A stretch of DNA of 64,000 nt from Octopus bimaculoides (lineage: Eukaryota). The notes beneath the pieces were generated by a model that saw only the letters and a program-made list of their open reading frames with translations, was not told the origin of the DNA and did no database searches. The position numbers and the translations under genes are program-made. The stretch's first letter is position 1. Each line of letters opens with the position of its first letter. This document shows positions 62,720 through 64,000 of the stretch, piece after piece. The stretch lies in the NCBI RefSeq assembly GCF_001194135.2, contig NC_068981.1, forward strand, positions 89,775,659 through 89,839,658, in the 5' to 3' direction.

Positions 62720-62768
<49 letters not shown>

Positions 62769-63249
62769 NNNNNNNNNNNNNNNNNNNNNNNNNNNNNNNN
62801 NNNNNNNNNNNNNNNNNNNNNNNNNNNNNNNNNNNNNNNNNNNNNNNNNNNNNNNNNNNNNNNNNNNNNNNNNNNNNNNNNNNNNNNNNNNNNNNNNNNN
62901 NNNNNNNNNNNNNNNNNNNNNNNNNNNNNNNNNNNNNNNNNNNNNNNNNNNNNNNNNNNNNNNNNNNNNNNNNNNNNNNNNNNNNNNNNNNNNNNNNNNN
63001 NNNNNNNNNNNNNNNNNNNNNNNNNNNNNNNNNNCACCACCCCAGAATTTCCACCCAAAGAAATGTCACCTCCAGCACGCCACTTCTGAACGCTCGTCCT
63101 TCTGCTTGCACCATCTGAGGAATCATCACCTCAGCTTGCTCTACCTGAAAATTCATTACCCAGTCCACAGTTGTATATTGGGATACAATATCTTATTTCT
63201 TTCCGTTGTTTCTTTATTGTGGAAGTTTAAAAAAAAAAAACGATAAATT

Positions 63250-63400
63250 CTTCCAGCATTCCAGACATGACCATCTTCTTTTTTTTTTTTGGTATATCAG
63301 AGACTACATTCCACTATTTCATCTATGACAGGACGGTGTGATATGGGGGAGATTTATGTGGTGTTCCTAATAGGGTGAGTAACTACGTAAAGATTCCTTT
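63250..63400 (-). mobile_element. Retroposon family E, decayed
   Basis: cattccagacatgaccatc...gtgtgatatgggggagattt. Confidence 0.5.
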
Positions 63401-64000
63401 AATGGGCAATAAAGTCGGTATTTGTATCAGTGGTACTGGTGCTGGTGTCGTTGTTGGTGATGGTTGCTGGTAATGATGTTGTTGCTTGTGTTGGTGGTGC
63501 TTGTTTTGGGGATAAATGTGGTAGTCGTACCTATGCCGGTTTTAATGGTGTTTGGAAGTAATGATGGTGATAATGACCAGAGTCGTATTGATGTTTGTGG
63601 TAGAAGTGATATTTGTGGTGTGCGTGTGGTACATGTGTATGTGTGTATGTGTGTATGTGTGTGTGTGTGTGTGTTTCTGTGTGTATGTACGTGGGCGCGT
63701 GTACAGTTATATATAAAGTAATTCGTCCTATCGCCTCCCTTTACTTAAATCAAAAATATAACTTAACATTTCAATAAATAGATATCGATAAAATAGTACC
63801 AGAGGGAAATAATCACTGAGGAGAATACCATTCAGGGAGACACACGAATACCTTGCTGCAGCATGGCGACAAGCAAATAACTAAAACTACCAAACGAATA
63901 AAAGAATGTGACCAGTATGAATTTGTTTTTTTTTTAATACAAAAAAGTATCATAGCTGAGAATATCTGACAGAAAACAAAATATGTTGCTATATATATAT

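Noticed and set aside
63035-63150. GC-richer patch open in several frames
   Set aside because: Truncated by a gap, no recognisable motif, and no way to choose a strand or frame.

Overview
AT-rich eukaryotic genomic DNA from a gappy draft assembly (about 20 N-runs), dominated by microsatellites and decayed transposons. The repeat repertoire (tRNA-derived SINEs resembling the octopus OK/OR families, mariner MITEs, R4/Dong-like LINEs, Penelope-like elements) suggests a cephalopod such as Octopus; this is inference, not shown by the sequence. I found no complete protein-coding gene, rRNA, intact tRNA, CRISPR array or prokaryotic system. Nearly all ORFs in the supplied track are microsatellite read-throughs or span N gaps. 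Supported content: (i) two different Penelope-like reverse transcriptase relics, one with a roughly 70-aa insertion in the RT, plus three Penelope-type 3' ends carrying decayed minimal hammerhead-ribozyme motifs; (ii) several R4/Dong-clade LINE 3' fragments and an unnamed non-coding element, found at (TAA)n arrays; (iii) three mariner derivatives, one with an inverted duplication of its own 5' end; (iv) many foldback/MITE palindromes, including a cluster at 2.35-4.7 kb and a hairpin-plus-35-bp tandem array at 33.8-34.1 kb; (v) at least five SINE families; (vi) a few weak candidate host exons. Coordinates of decayed repeats are approximate (about +/-10-20 nt). SINE family letters A-E are my own labels.
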